Of a stretch of 64,000 nucleotides of DNA, positions 39,218 through 48,108 are shown piece by piece. Below the pieces are notes generated by a model. The model made no database searches and had not been told where the DNA came from. It saw only the letters and a list, made by a program, of their open reading frames with translations. Each line of letters starts with the position of its first letter. The stretch's first letter is position 1. The stretch spans positions 4,672,001-4,736,000 of the forward strand of contig CBDCTK010000002.1 of assembly GCA_965222225.1 (NCBI GenBank), in the 5' to 3' direction. The DNA is from Candidatus Poribacteria bacterium (lineage in GTDB: Bacteria; Poribacteria; WGA-4E; JAJDTR01). The position numbers and the translations under genes were made by a program.

Positions 39218-39916
39218 TTAGGAAATGAAGAGCCTCGAATATAGACCTTCGTGCCGCATACTCTGAATATCAAGTCCGGGTGTAAAGCCGCCTAGATTAC
39301 CTATGTCCGCGGTCTGTGCGAACCGAGAAATCTCTAGGAGATTGGCGCGAAGGTGCTGGATGACCCGCTGTCCATCCGTTGGTTTGAGTGGAATCAACCG
39401 TACCGCAGCAGACACCTGGCTTACGACGAAAGCGTGAAGATAGCCAAGCAGTGTCGAGCGCAGGTCAATCTTCGCAGCGGACGCGACCAAGCCGTACGCG
39501 ATGGCATGGTGCCCGGCGCATTTTCCCGATTGAATCCGTTTCACATATTCGTCCAACATCTCACTCTCTGCAAGTGTTGCGGCGTTGCGGAGAAACTGTT
39601 TTCCAATTTTGACACTCGCCTCTCGCAATTCACGAGAAATCGTCATCGCCGTTAGGCGTTGGTCAAGGTCGACAATCTGCTCAATCTCAGTCGCGTTATA
39701 CGTTAACGAAACCGCAAGAGCATCGCCAGTTTGCATTCCCTGAAAGAGGATAGAGCGGAGAAAGCACTCAAGCGTTTCGCGATCGTGGACGTGCCCATCT
39801 TGGACATAGGTTTCCAACCCGAAGGAGTGGGCAAACGCGCCTATCGGGAAAAAACTGTCTGTGAACTGAAGGAGAGCCAACAGGGACTCGCTCGTTATCG
39901 ACGTATCAGTGGACAT
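39218..39916 (-). CDS. ureF: Urease accessory protein UreF
   Basis: DSFFPIGAFAHSFGLE, AAVRLIPL, HEGLYSRLFIS C-terminus. Confidence 0.95.
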   Translation of the reverse strand: MSTDTSITSESLLALLQFTDSFFPIGAFAHSFGLETYVQDGHVHDRETLECFLRSILFQGMQTGDALAVSLTYNATEIEQIVDLDQRLTAMTISRELREASVKIGKQFLRNAATLAESEMLDEYVKRIQSGKCAGHHAIAYGLVASAAKIDLRSTLLGYLHAFVVSQVSAAVRLIPLKPTDGQRVIQHLRANLLEISRFAQTADIGNLGGFTPGLDIQSMRHEGLYSRLFIS

Positions 39917-40355
39917 GGGCGTGGGGAGCGGATTGGCGGGCAACGTGTGTGAAGACACGCTCCTCAATAGTGTAATGGAATCCTAACCGGAGGAATTGAT
40001 TCTCAAGGACGGGTTCATAAGGAACGAGAATCGCGCCGTCATCGAATCCGACGGGACGATGCAGGTTTCCCATCTGGTAGCAGACAAGACCGTAATTCTC
40101 GGTCGTTTCAGGACGAAGAACAAACACTTTTTCGGGCAGCCCTTCAACGACAATTTCAACTTCGGCATCCCGATACAAGATATCTCCGGGAGATAATACC
40201 GTCCCGGTGGGAAGTGCGAGACCTACCTCTCGTCCGGCTTCGGTTCTGAGTCGCTGGCGGCATTTTTGCCGGGCTTCCCAATCCAACCTTACGACATCGC
40301 GCTCTGGCGACGGGAATTTGACAACTTGTGTGACAATCTTTTGGACGAGGAGCAT
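39906..40355 (-). CDS. ureE: Urease accessory Ni chaperone UreE
   Basis: LDWEARQKCRQR, GDIL, MGNLH, C-terminal HAHVH. Confidence 0.9.
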   Translation of the reverse strand: MLLVQKIVTQVVKFPSPERDVVRLDWEARQKCRQRLRTEAGREVGLALPTGTVLSPGDILYRDAEVEIVVEGLPEKVFVLRPETTENYGLVCYQMGNLHRPVGFDDGAILVPYEPVLENQFLRLGFHYTIEERVFTHVARQSAPHAHVH

Positions 40356-40367
40356 TGACCTTCTGGT

Positions 40368-40859
40368 TTATGATAATTCAAGGATTAGATTGTGAATTGA
40401 GAACCCGCGTTCTTCATCCACCGTTCGCTGCTCATAATCGATCCATACTTGGGTTGGATACCCCAACTCGGAGTGATATTCTGCCGAGATAGTATGGGAA
40501 TTTGCGTCGATTGCCGACTGTAGAAGATTGAACAGCCCATCCATCGTATGGTAGCGTTCAATAGCGACGTCAAGAGGTATTGGAACATCGTCTTCGACAA
40601 AAGCGGCGCTGTGAATCCGATTTTCGCGCACCGTGATATTGACTTGGGCGACAAAGTCAATACTGCAGAAGCAGAACCATTGGAAATTAAATTGATAGTT
40701 GGACGCCATTTCCGAGTCCCACTTCTTTCGATTGCTATCTAGCTGTGATTGGGTATCAACATGTCGGTCGTCGCCTAGTTTAAGAATATCACATCCACAC
40801 AGCGGCGCGAGCATAAAGTATAACACGATTATGCGAAACAACACGTGCCTATTCTTCAT
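40368..40859 (-). CDS. Lipoprotein, DUF6174-like
   Basis: Lipobox LCGC; W...Y.F....CFC, TMDGLF, LGYP, DEE motifs. Confidence 0.65.
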   Translation of the reverse strand: MKNRHVLFRIIVLYFMLAPLCGCDILKLGDDRHVDTQSQLDSNRKKWDSEMASNYQFNFQWFCFCSIDFVAQVNITVRENRIHSAAFVEDDVPIPLDVAIERYHTMDGLFNLLQSAIDANSHTISAEYHSELGYPTQVWIDYEQRTVDEERGFSIHNLILELS

Positions 40860-41265
40860 TCCGGATTTCCTCCCTGCCTAGTCACGTTGGGGGGGGTAGA
40901 CTTTACCCTTTCCCGCAAGCTGTACCAATTCCCTTCAGGGTCCAAGAAGATGGCGAACTTGCCCCAAGGCATTTCTTTAGGTTCTTGAGAAAATTCTACT
41001 CCTCGCCCAGCCATTGACTCGTGGGTTACTGTAATATCTTCGCATTCAAACCCGAGAGACGGCTTCCGTTCATCCCAATCTTCCATCATGCTTTTCGCGT
41101 AGATGACGATGCAGGAATCGGCGCCCGGCGGAGCCATTTCAATCCATCGGGCTTCAGGACCCATAGGCAGATCTCTTCGGACTTCAATTCCCACCTGTTC
41201 TCCCAAAACTGGATGGCTGCCTCCTGATCTGTCACATAGACGGCAGTTGTAGCTATTTTTTCAAT
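40856..41265 (-). pseudogene. VOC/glyoxalase family gene, frameshifted near 41203 and lacking its own start codon
   Basis: IEKIATTAVYVTDQEAAIQFW in one frame continues as EQVGIEV...MPWGKFAIFLDPEGN in another. Confidence 0.75.
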
Positions 41266-41721
41266 TGGTGTACCATAATCCAAGTACGACATGGGTGTTT
41301 CGTTCAAGCGAAACGAAACTTCAAATGGAGATAGACCGCCTTCTGTTAGATAGAACTTCGCCTGCAATATGAAATCGTTTATTGAGCCGGTTACCGATCG
41401 GTTAAGCGCCTTCGAAAAACGGACGATATCCACTGATGGAACGATGAACTTCTCAAATATCGATTCATTTCCGGCCGAACGAATGACATCACTCATATAG
41501 TCTGTAACCCCCTCCAGGAACATACGATCGTCCCTCAGTCCTCGACCGAACATCACCATAGAATAGAGCGAGATTGTGTTGGTAATGGGCACGTATTGGG
41601 TACGGTCGGCGGTGAACAGATGTACGGACCAATCCGCAAATGGATTAAGATCAACCGGCAAAATCTGGTCAGGAGTCACGTGTATCTTCTTGCCCAGTTT
41701 GGTTGAAATTCGAAATATCAC
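41086..41721 (-). CDS. DUF6933-like protein running in-frame into the VOC N-terminus
   Basis: IFRISTKL...ADWSVHLF...SLYS...NRSVTGSIND...LNETPMS; GTG start at 41721. Confidence 0.55.
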   Translation of the reverse strand: MIFRISTKLGKKIHVTPDQILPVDLNPFADWSVHLFTADRTQYVPITNTISLYSMVMFGRGLRDDRMFLEGVTDYMSDVIRSAGNESIFEKFIVPSVDIVRFSKALNRSVTGSINDFILQAKFYLTEGGLSPFEVSFRLNETPMSYLDYGTPIEKIATTAVYVTDQEAAIQFWENRWELKSEEICLWVLKPDGLKWLRRAPIPASSSTRKA

Positions 41722-41993
41722 GCTCTCGTCCCTTCGCAATGTTCCGTCATTGGCATCGCTGATTGGCGTACATTTTCCAATGACGTTTCAGTGCCCTAAT
41801 GTTGCGCAAACAATATCGCCAAGCACTCCGCCTTAATGAAGCCCTTGATTTCCAAATATGTATAATCTATGTATTTACAGGATTTCATTCTGTCTAGACC
41901 GCATATTATCCACTGTTAAACCCCTCGCGAAACGTAAATTCGGTCAAGCTAATGTTGCCGATACTGCACGGTTCTGTGTTCACCACTGTCCGA

Positions 41994-42572
41994 TTATGAG
42001 GCATCCTGAACCATGTTGGCAAGCTCTGCGGCGAGTGATGACCACCACGACTCACCGGCTTGAATACGCAACAGATGTGTGTTGCCCGGTACGTCGTTTG
42101 CTCCCAACCCGCGCTCGATAATCTGCGTGTGTGAATCCAGCTCCAGCCACTTGGCAAGGCTACCTTCCAATCGTTCAGGCGAGCGAATGATGTAAAGACC
42201 CACAATCTCCGCCGCATCCAAGTCCAAGAGGAAATCAATATTCCAGAACAAGGTCTTGCCCTGTTTCGGGAGCAGATTCCCATGTCCCAAACTGCACTTG
42301 GCAAACTGTTCCAACATTATTCCTCGGATCCGGTGCGGCTGGCTGTCGCCACTGCGCGTTGCGTGCCGAATAAGCCGCCTAGCCAATGAAGTCGCGCCTT
42401 TCTCCGAGAGTGCGGAGCCGACGTAGGCATAGTCCCCGGCGGGCAGTGAAATTAGTTTCCCTTTCTTGAAGCGTCCGAATTGTAATGAGGTGTCTTCTTT
42501 GAGGTGAATCCGCAGGACATACGTTCCTGCCTGTGATTCATCGCCGATGAGAACGATAGGAGGGATTTTCAT
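41994..42572 (-). CDS. DUF123 / GIY-YIG (Uri) endonuclease-like protein
   Basis: GTYVL, YAYVGSA, RRLIRH, FWNIDFLL, GANDV...THL. Confidence 0.75.
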   Translation of the reverse strand: MKIPPIVLIGDESQAGTYVLRIHLKEDTSLQFGRFKKGKLISLPAGDYAYVGSALSEKGATSLARRLIRHATRSGDSQPHRIRGIMLEQFAKCSLGHGNLLPKQGKTLFWNIDFLLDLDAAEIVGLYIIRSPERLEGSLAKWLELDSHTQIIERGLGANDVPGNTHLLRIQAGESWWSSLAAELANMVQDAS

Positions 42573-42596
42573 TGAATCACCGAATCCGTGATAGAT

Positions 42597-43426
42597 TCAT
42601 TTTCTTCTATGCACCTCAATCCAATCCACAGCAAAATCTACCACCTCACGCTGTGGCATGAGTTGGCAATCTGCTAGACCAACCCTCCCTTGGTGAACCA
42701 CGTTTCCTGCATCGGAATTCACAAAGGCGTCGCCGATGCGCTCAAAATCAGAAGCGTCCAAGTCTACATTGTCGAAGGTGGTCCAAGTCCTCACACCCGA
42801 CGTGAAAATTGGCGCGCCTTCCTGCACGATGTGTTTGGTTGGATAAGTCGCCCGATATTCTGCGAGGTGCAGAGACGAATTGCGTTCATGGCCGACGCCG
42901 AGGAGAAGCACATGGCCGCCCAAATCGTAGACTCTGGCAAGTGGTGATCCTTCGCCCATGCCAAATGTCAGGGAATGATTGTCCGTGATTTCCTTCGCGT
43001 TGGCTCCAAACGCACAGAACGAAACATGCGGGTGCGCGCTGCGGAGGACTCCGCTTTGCTTTCGGAAGGTTTCAGCAATAATCCCCATTGAGCGAGTCGG
43101 GGTCAAATCCGGACGGTAGGCTGGCATCGTCTCACGTATGATGCGCCACCATGACTCGGAGACTGGCGGGCTCTCCCATCGTCCCGGATCGCTTAGGCCT
43201 GTTGAGTGGGCAGGCATCACAAGCGTTCCGGCGGAGCCCACAAAACGTGCTGAAGGGCAATGATGACGGCTACTGGTCCGCCACACACCCACCCCATGGC
43301 GCTCAGGGAGGAATGAACCAACAGCACCATCCCCGCTTCAACGCCAAGGGCGCTGAAATCCGTCTGCAGCGAATCGGCCGTCGCGGGCACCTCTGTTTTC
43401 TGGATAGCCGCATGTTCAGTTGTCAC
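42597..43426 (-). pseudogene. AAC(3)/YokD family N-acetyltransferase, frameshifted near 43240
   Basis: VHSSLSAMGWVCGG then GTLVMPAHS, MGIIAE, RSAHPHVSF, SPL, LLLGV, SLHLAE in a different frame; GTGA overlap with the upstream stop. Confidence 0.82.
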
Positions 43427-44439
43427 GGCGTTCGGAACACATAACTCACAATCATTACAGCGAGATAAGTGGCAATCAGCACAACTCCGAAAGGTCGTTT
43501 CAGTGTATCACCGGAGGTGAAGATACCGACCCGAAAGACGACCAAGATAAACAACATTGCTGGGAAAAGGATGCGGAAGAAGTGACCTGAAGCTACCAGG
43601 CCTCCACTCGTCACAGCGGCTGATGCCCCGGCGACAAAGAGCACATTGAGAATGTCGGCACCGATGACATTTCCGACTGCCAATTCACCGTGCCCACTTC
43701 TGGCGGCAGTAACCGCAGTAACGAGCTCGGGAAGTGAGGTCCCAAACGCCACAATCGTCGCCGCGATAATACTTGGGGGAACGTGAAGTTGTATGGCAGT
43801 TTCTTTCGCGGTGGGTATAAGAATCCATGAGGACGCCACGACGACTGCAATGGCAAACACCAGCTTGGCGAGCACGAAAAACGCGTTGGAATTGCTTTCG
43901 GCTGATTCTACCTCCTCGGCGACCGAATCTTGATTCGCATTGCGAGCCCATCGAATCGACTGCCACAGGTAGGCGACTAGGAGTATCAAAAACGCGAAAC
44001 CCATGAATTGCGGGAGATGCCTTCCGTCTGTGCCGACAAAAAGGCAGGAAACAACCAGAAGAACACCTGCACTGAGTTGCAGCCAACCTTGACGGTTCAC
44101 AATCGTTCGGTTAAGCGTCAGGGGAGCGATTAAGGCGGCGGTACCAAGTATCAGTCCCGTGTCGCAGATGATTGAACCAACCGCGTTTCCCAAGGCGAGA
44201 TCTGGCGTACCCTTGATTGCCGCAAGAACCGAGACAGAGGCTTCGGGAGTTGTTGTTCCCAAACTGACGATAGTCGCACCAATCAGTACTTTGGGAATTC
44301 CCCAGCGCACGGACAAGATTACGGCTTCCTCAACGAGCCAGTCCGCCCCTTTGCTTAGAGTGTAGAGGGTAACGGCGATGACAATGAAGAGAGCGTACAA
44401 AGGCAGGTTTTCTATGATGCGGTGAATCATCTCTTCCAT
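43423..44439 (-). CDS. Ca2+/Na+ antiporter (YrbG family)
   Basis: Two alpha repeats GTTTPE...GNAVGS and GTSLPE...GNVIGA; multiple TM helices. Confidence 0.92.
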   Translation of the reverse strand: MEEMIHRIIENLPLYALFIVIAVTLYTLSKGADWLVEEAVILSVRWGIPKVLIGATIVSLGTTTPEASVSVLAAIKGTPDLALGNAVGSIICDTGLILGTAALIAPLTLNRTIVNRQGWLQLSAGVLLVVSCLFVGTDGRHLPQFMGFAFLILLVAYLWQSIRWARNANQDSVAEEVESAESNSNAFFVLAKLVFAIAVVVASSWILIPTAKETAIQLHVPPSIIAATIVAFGTSLPELVTAVTAARSGHGELAVGNVIGADILNVLFVAGASAAVTSGGLVASGHFFRILFPAMLFILVVFRVGIFTSGDTLKRPFGVVLIATYLAVMIVSYVFRTP

Positions 44440-45926
44440 CACGCACCTCCATTCACATGACAAATCGCACGGTCTAGTCTATGCAACACCTTGTCTCTGC
44501 CTAGTAAGGCGATAATTTCAAATAGACCTGGCCCATAAGAAACCCCGGTAAGAGCGATTCGCAAAGGCTGCATGGCTTGGACACGCTTGACGCCGTTATT
44601 GTCTGTATATTTCCAGATTGCGGATTCAACCTCTTCAAGGTTGAGCGTCTTGAGGGACTCCATCACATCGCGCAAGCCTTGCAGTATGCCAAGCACCGAA
44701 TCCTTCTTCCACCATTTCTTAACCGCCTTCGGGTCATACTCAAAGCTGTCGACAAAGAAATAACTCGTCTGCGCAACGATGTCTGCTAATGTCGTGAGCC
44801 GATCCCCTACCGATTCAACAATGTTCTCTAGCCAAGCCCTGCGGGTTGGCGTAAGGTCAGTCTTCAATAATAATCCCTCCTGTTGTAAGAAAGGAATCAC
44901 GGCATCGGTCCGTGTCGCTATATCCATGTCCATAATGTAGTGTCCATTTAACCATTGTAATTTCTGGATGTCGAAGACACTGTTGGTCTTTCCAACCCGT
45001 CCCAAGTCAAACTTCTCTATTAGCCCATCAATTGAGAAGATTTCCGTCTTATCATCATAAGACCAGCCTAGCCGCACCAAAAAATTGATTACTGCCTCCG
45101 GAAGATATCCATCCTGCCGGTACTTTCCCACAGAGACAAGATCTCCGTGACGCCGCTTGCTGAGTTTTTCACCCTTTGCGCTATTGAGCACAAGCGGGAC
45201 ATGCGCGAATTGAGGCGGCTTCATACCCAGCGCCCGAAAGATTAAAACCTGCTTCGGCATATTGTTGACGTGATCCGCGCCTCGGATAACATGCGTAATC
45301 CCCATTTCCAGATCATCAACCGTCGATGTCAGATTGTATAGCGGTGATCCGTTCGATTTCACAATCACTTCATCTTGGAGTGCGTCCGCTTCAACTCTAA
45401 TATCGCCAAGAATCAAGTCTTCCACCGTAATCGGCTCAGGGGGAACTTTGAGTCGTACAACCGGTCTGCGTCCCTCTGCTTCCAATCTCTGACAATCTGC
45501 GGGCGTCAAGTTGCGGCATTTGCCCGTATAGGTCTGATCTCGCTTTTCAGCCCTTGCCTGTTCGCGCATCTCCGCCAATTCTTCCGGCGAACAGTAACAA
45601 CGATAGGCGTTGCCGTTATCCAGCAGTTGTCTCACATATTCCTGGTAAATCACATTTCGCTCAGATTGAACGTAAGGCGCATGCGATCCTCCGACAGTTG
45701 CACCTTCATCCCACTCAAGGCCAAGCCACTTTAGCGATTCGTAGATTTCTTGCATCGATTCTTTGGTCGATCGCTGTTCGTCCGTATCATCGATTCTAAG
45801 GACGAACGTGCCTCCATGATGCCTTGCAAAAAGCCAGTTGAATAGCGCTGTTCTCGCCGAGCCAATGTGGAGAAATCCTGTTGGCGAGGGTGCGAATCGC
45901 ACCCGGACTGGTGAATCTTCCATCAT
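44439..45926 (-). CDS. gltX: Glutamate--tRNA ligase
   Basis: RFAPSPTGFLHIG, RIDDTD, CYC Zn site, IRGADH, KLSKR. Confidence 0.97.
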   Translation of the reverse strand: MMEDSPVRVRFAPSPTGFLHIGSARTALFNWLFARHHGGTFVLRIDDTDEQRSTKESMQEIYESLKWLGLEWDEGATVGGSHAPYVQSERNVIYQEYVRQLLDNGNAYRCYCSPEELAEMREQARAEKRDQTYTGKCRNLTPADCQRLEAEGRRPVVRLKVPPEPITVEDLILGDIRVEADALQDEVIVKSNGSPLYNLTSTVDDLEMGITHVIRGADHVNNMPKQVLIFRALGMKPPQFAHVPLVLNSAKGEKLSKRRHGDLVSVGKYRQDGYLPEAVINFLVRLGWSYDDKTEIFSIDGLIEKFDLGRVGKTNSVFDIQKLQWLNGHYIMDMDIATRTDAVIPFLQQEGLLLKTDLTPTRRAWLENIVESVGDRLTTLADIVAQTSYFFVDSFEYDPKAVKKWWKKDSVLGILQGLRDVMESLKTLNLEEVESAIWKYTDNNGVKRVQAMQPLRIALTGVSYGPGLFEIIALLGRDKVLHRLDRAICHVNGGA

Positions 45927-45989
45927 AGTAATCGAAATCAACTCCCTTTGTATTGTATGTACGTATCCTAAACCACCAGAATTTTAATT

Positions 45990-47744
45990 TTATGAAGTGT
46001 GCTTCTGTGTTTTCTGAATCTTCGCCCACGTATCTCGAAGTGTTACCGTCCGATTGAACACCGGCTTGTTGTCAGAAGAGTCGAGATCTACACAGAAATA
46101 ACCCCTCCGAAGGAATTGGTAGTAGCTGCCAAGTTTTGCGTCAGCAAGGCTTGGCTCAACTCTAGCTGAATCCAGTATCTGCAACGAATTGAGGTTGAGA
46201 TAATCAGTAAAATCGCGTCCCTCCTCAACGTCGTTAGGATTTTCCTTGCTGAATAGGTGTTCATACAGGCGCACTTCAGCCTCAATAGCGTGGGGAGCAG
46301 AGACCCAATGTAACGTGCCGCGGACTTTACGGCCGTCTTCAGACCAACCCCCGTGAGTCGTCGGATCGTAGGTGCAGTGGACTTCGACGATCTCACCGGT
46401 ATTTTCATCCTTAACGACACGCTCGCATTTGACGTAATAGGCGTGTTTGAGACGCACCTCACGTCCCGGCGCCAGACGAAAATACTTCTTTGGCGGATCT
46501 TCCATAAAGTCCTCGCGTTCAATATAGAGTTCCCGCGAGAAAGGGATTTTACGCGATCCCATCGTCGCATCTTCCGGATTGTTTTCAGCCTCTAGAAATT
46601 CGACCTCTCCTTCCGGGTAGTTGTCAATAACGACTTTAAGCGGATCTAACACTGCCATGACACGCAGTGCACGCTTGTTGAGATCTTGACGGAGGCAATA
46701 TTCGAGTAATGAAATTTCGACTAGATTATCGGCTTTTGCAATTCCAATCCGTCTGCAAAAGTCTCGGATAGCCTCCGCGGTGTAGCCACCTCGGCGTAAG
46801 CCCGCTAACGTAGGCATCCGGGGATCATCCCACCCGTTAACATACCCATCTTCCACTAATTGAATCAGTTTTCGTTTACCGAGTACGGTATGGGTAAGAT
46901 ATAATTTCGCAAACTCAATCTGTTGCGGGTGATAGATATCCAACTGATTGAGGAACCAGTCGTATAGAGGACGATTGATTTCAAATTCAAGAGAGCACAA
47001 AGAATGCGTAATACCCTCAATAGAGTCTGAAATACAGTGCGTAAAGTCGTACATGGGGTAAATGCACCACTCATCGCCTGTATTGTGATGCGTCGCGTAA
47101 AGAATTCGATACATCACGGGATCACGCATGACCAAATTGGGGGATGCCATGTTAATTTTTGCTCTGAGAGTGCGAGTCCCCTCTTCAAATTCTCCTTTTC
47201 TCATGCGCTCAAACAGGTCAAGGTTTTCTTCTACGGAGCGGTTACGAAACGGACTATCCACTCCCGGCTCGGTCAATGTCCCCCGATATTTGCCGTAGCT
47301 AATCTCTACTGCCGTTAGGTCACAAACATAAGCTACGCCCTTTTTGATTAACTGCACGGCATACTGGTAGAGTTGCTTGAAGTAATCTGACGCATAGAAC
47401 TCGCGATCTGCCCAATCGAAGCCAAGCCACCGAATGTCCTCTTTGATCGACTCCACGTACTCAACATCTTCCTTGGTGGGATTCGTGTCATCGAATCGTA
47501 GGTTGTAGAGTCCACTGTAGTCTTCTGCGATTCCGAAGTTGATGCAAATGGCTTTTGCGCTTCCAAGGTGTATATAGCCGTTCGGCTCGGGCGGGAACCG
47601 CGTATGCACTTGACCGCCGTGTTTATCCGTCTTTAGATCTTCCTTAATTATTTGTCGGATAAAGTCAGTGGGCGCCGCAGAAGAACCAACAGAGTTGTCT
47701 TTGTTGTCAACCCCGCCTTCTTTTGCGGTCGTTTCATGTGTCAT
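45990..47744 (-). CDS. glnS: Glutamine--tRNA ligase
   Basis: [48 protein letters not shown]. Confidence 0.94.
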   Translation of the reverse strand: MTHETTAKEGGVDNKDNSVGSSAAPTDFIRQIIKEDLKTDKHGGQVHTRFPPEPNGYIHLGSAKAICINFGIAEDYSGLYNLRFDDTNPTKEDVEYVESIKEDIRWLGFDWADREFYASDYFKQLYQYAVQLIKKGVAYVCDLTAVEISYGKYRGTLTEPGVDSPFRNRSVEENLDLFERMRKGEFEEGTRTLRAKINMASPNLVMRDPVMYRILYATHHNTGDEWCIYPMYDFTHCISDSIEGITHSLCSLEFEINRPLYDWFLNQLDIYHPQQIEFAKLYLTHTVLGKRKLIQLVEDGYVNGWDDPRMPTLAGLRRGGYTAEAIRDFCRRIGIAKADNLVEISLLEYCLRQDLNKRALRVMAVLDPLKVVIDNYPEGEVEFLEAENNPEDATMGSRKIPFSRELYIEREDFMEDPPKKYFRLAPGREVRLKHAYYVKCERVVKDENTGEIVEVHCTYDPTTHGGWSEDGRKVRGTLHWVSAPHAIEAEVRLYEHLFSKENPNDVEEGRDFTDYLNLNSLQILDSARVEPSLADAKLGSYYQFLRRGYFCVDLDSSDNKPVFNRTVTLRDTWAKIQKTQKHTS

Positions 47745-47881
47745 TGATTCTCTCCTCTAGATGGCGAAAAGCGTTCCGTTCAAGCCTTTCAATTGACCAA
47801 GCCGCTGTCAAGAGATTGATTGGGATTCATACAGCCCGGTCTGTTTTTTATACGTTTGTTGGTGACACTAGGTGATATAAC

Positions 47882-47910
47882 ATTATACCACAGGCATTGC
47901 GGGAAGTCAC
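47882..47910 (-). promoter_or_regulatory. Promoter for glnS-gltX
   Basis: Minus strand GTGACT-N17-TATAAT with extended -10 TG. Confidence 0.45.
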
Positions 47911-47997
47911 GCAAGACCTTTGGGGAATCCCAAGTAGAGCTATCGGGAGGATACGAATCGTACCTGTACAGAGATTCATTTGCACCAAACACAGCGC

Positions 47998-48026
47998 TTG
48001 ATAGATTGGGGCGGGTGTGTTATAAT
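47998..48026 (+). promoter_or_regulatory. Near-consensus sigma70 promoter for the S8 protease gene
   Basis: TTGATA-N17-TATAAT with extended -10 TG. Confidence 0.7.
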
Positions 48027-48108
48027 CCGCGGCGATTACCTCGCCTAGTCTAATCACATGATGTCATCGCGCGTCTAACAGAAACCTTTTTGCGGAGAAA
48101 CATTCCTT

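Noticed and set aside
42597-43426. Functional aminoglycoside resistance gene
   Set aside because: Frameshifted, and YokD-like AAC(3) homologs often lack demonstrated resistance activity
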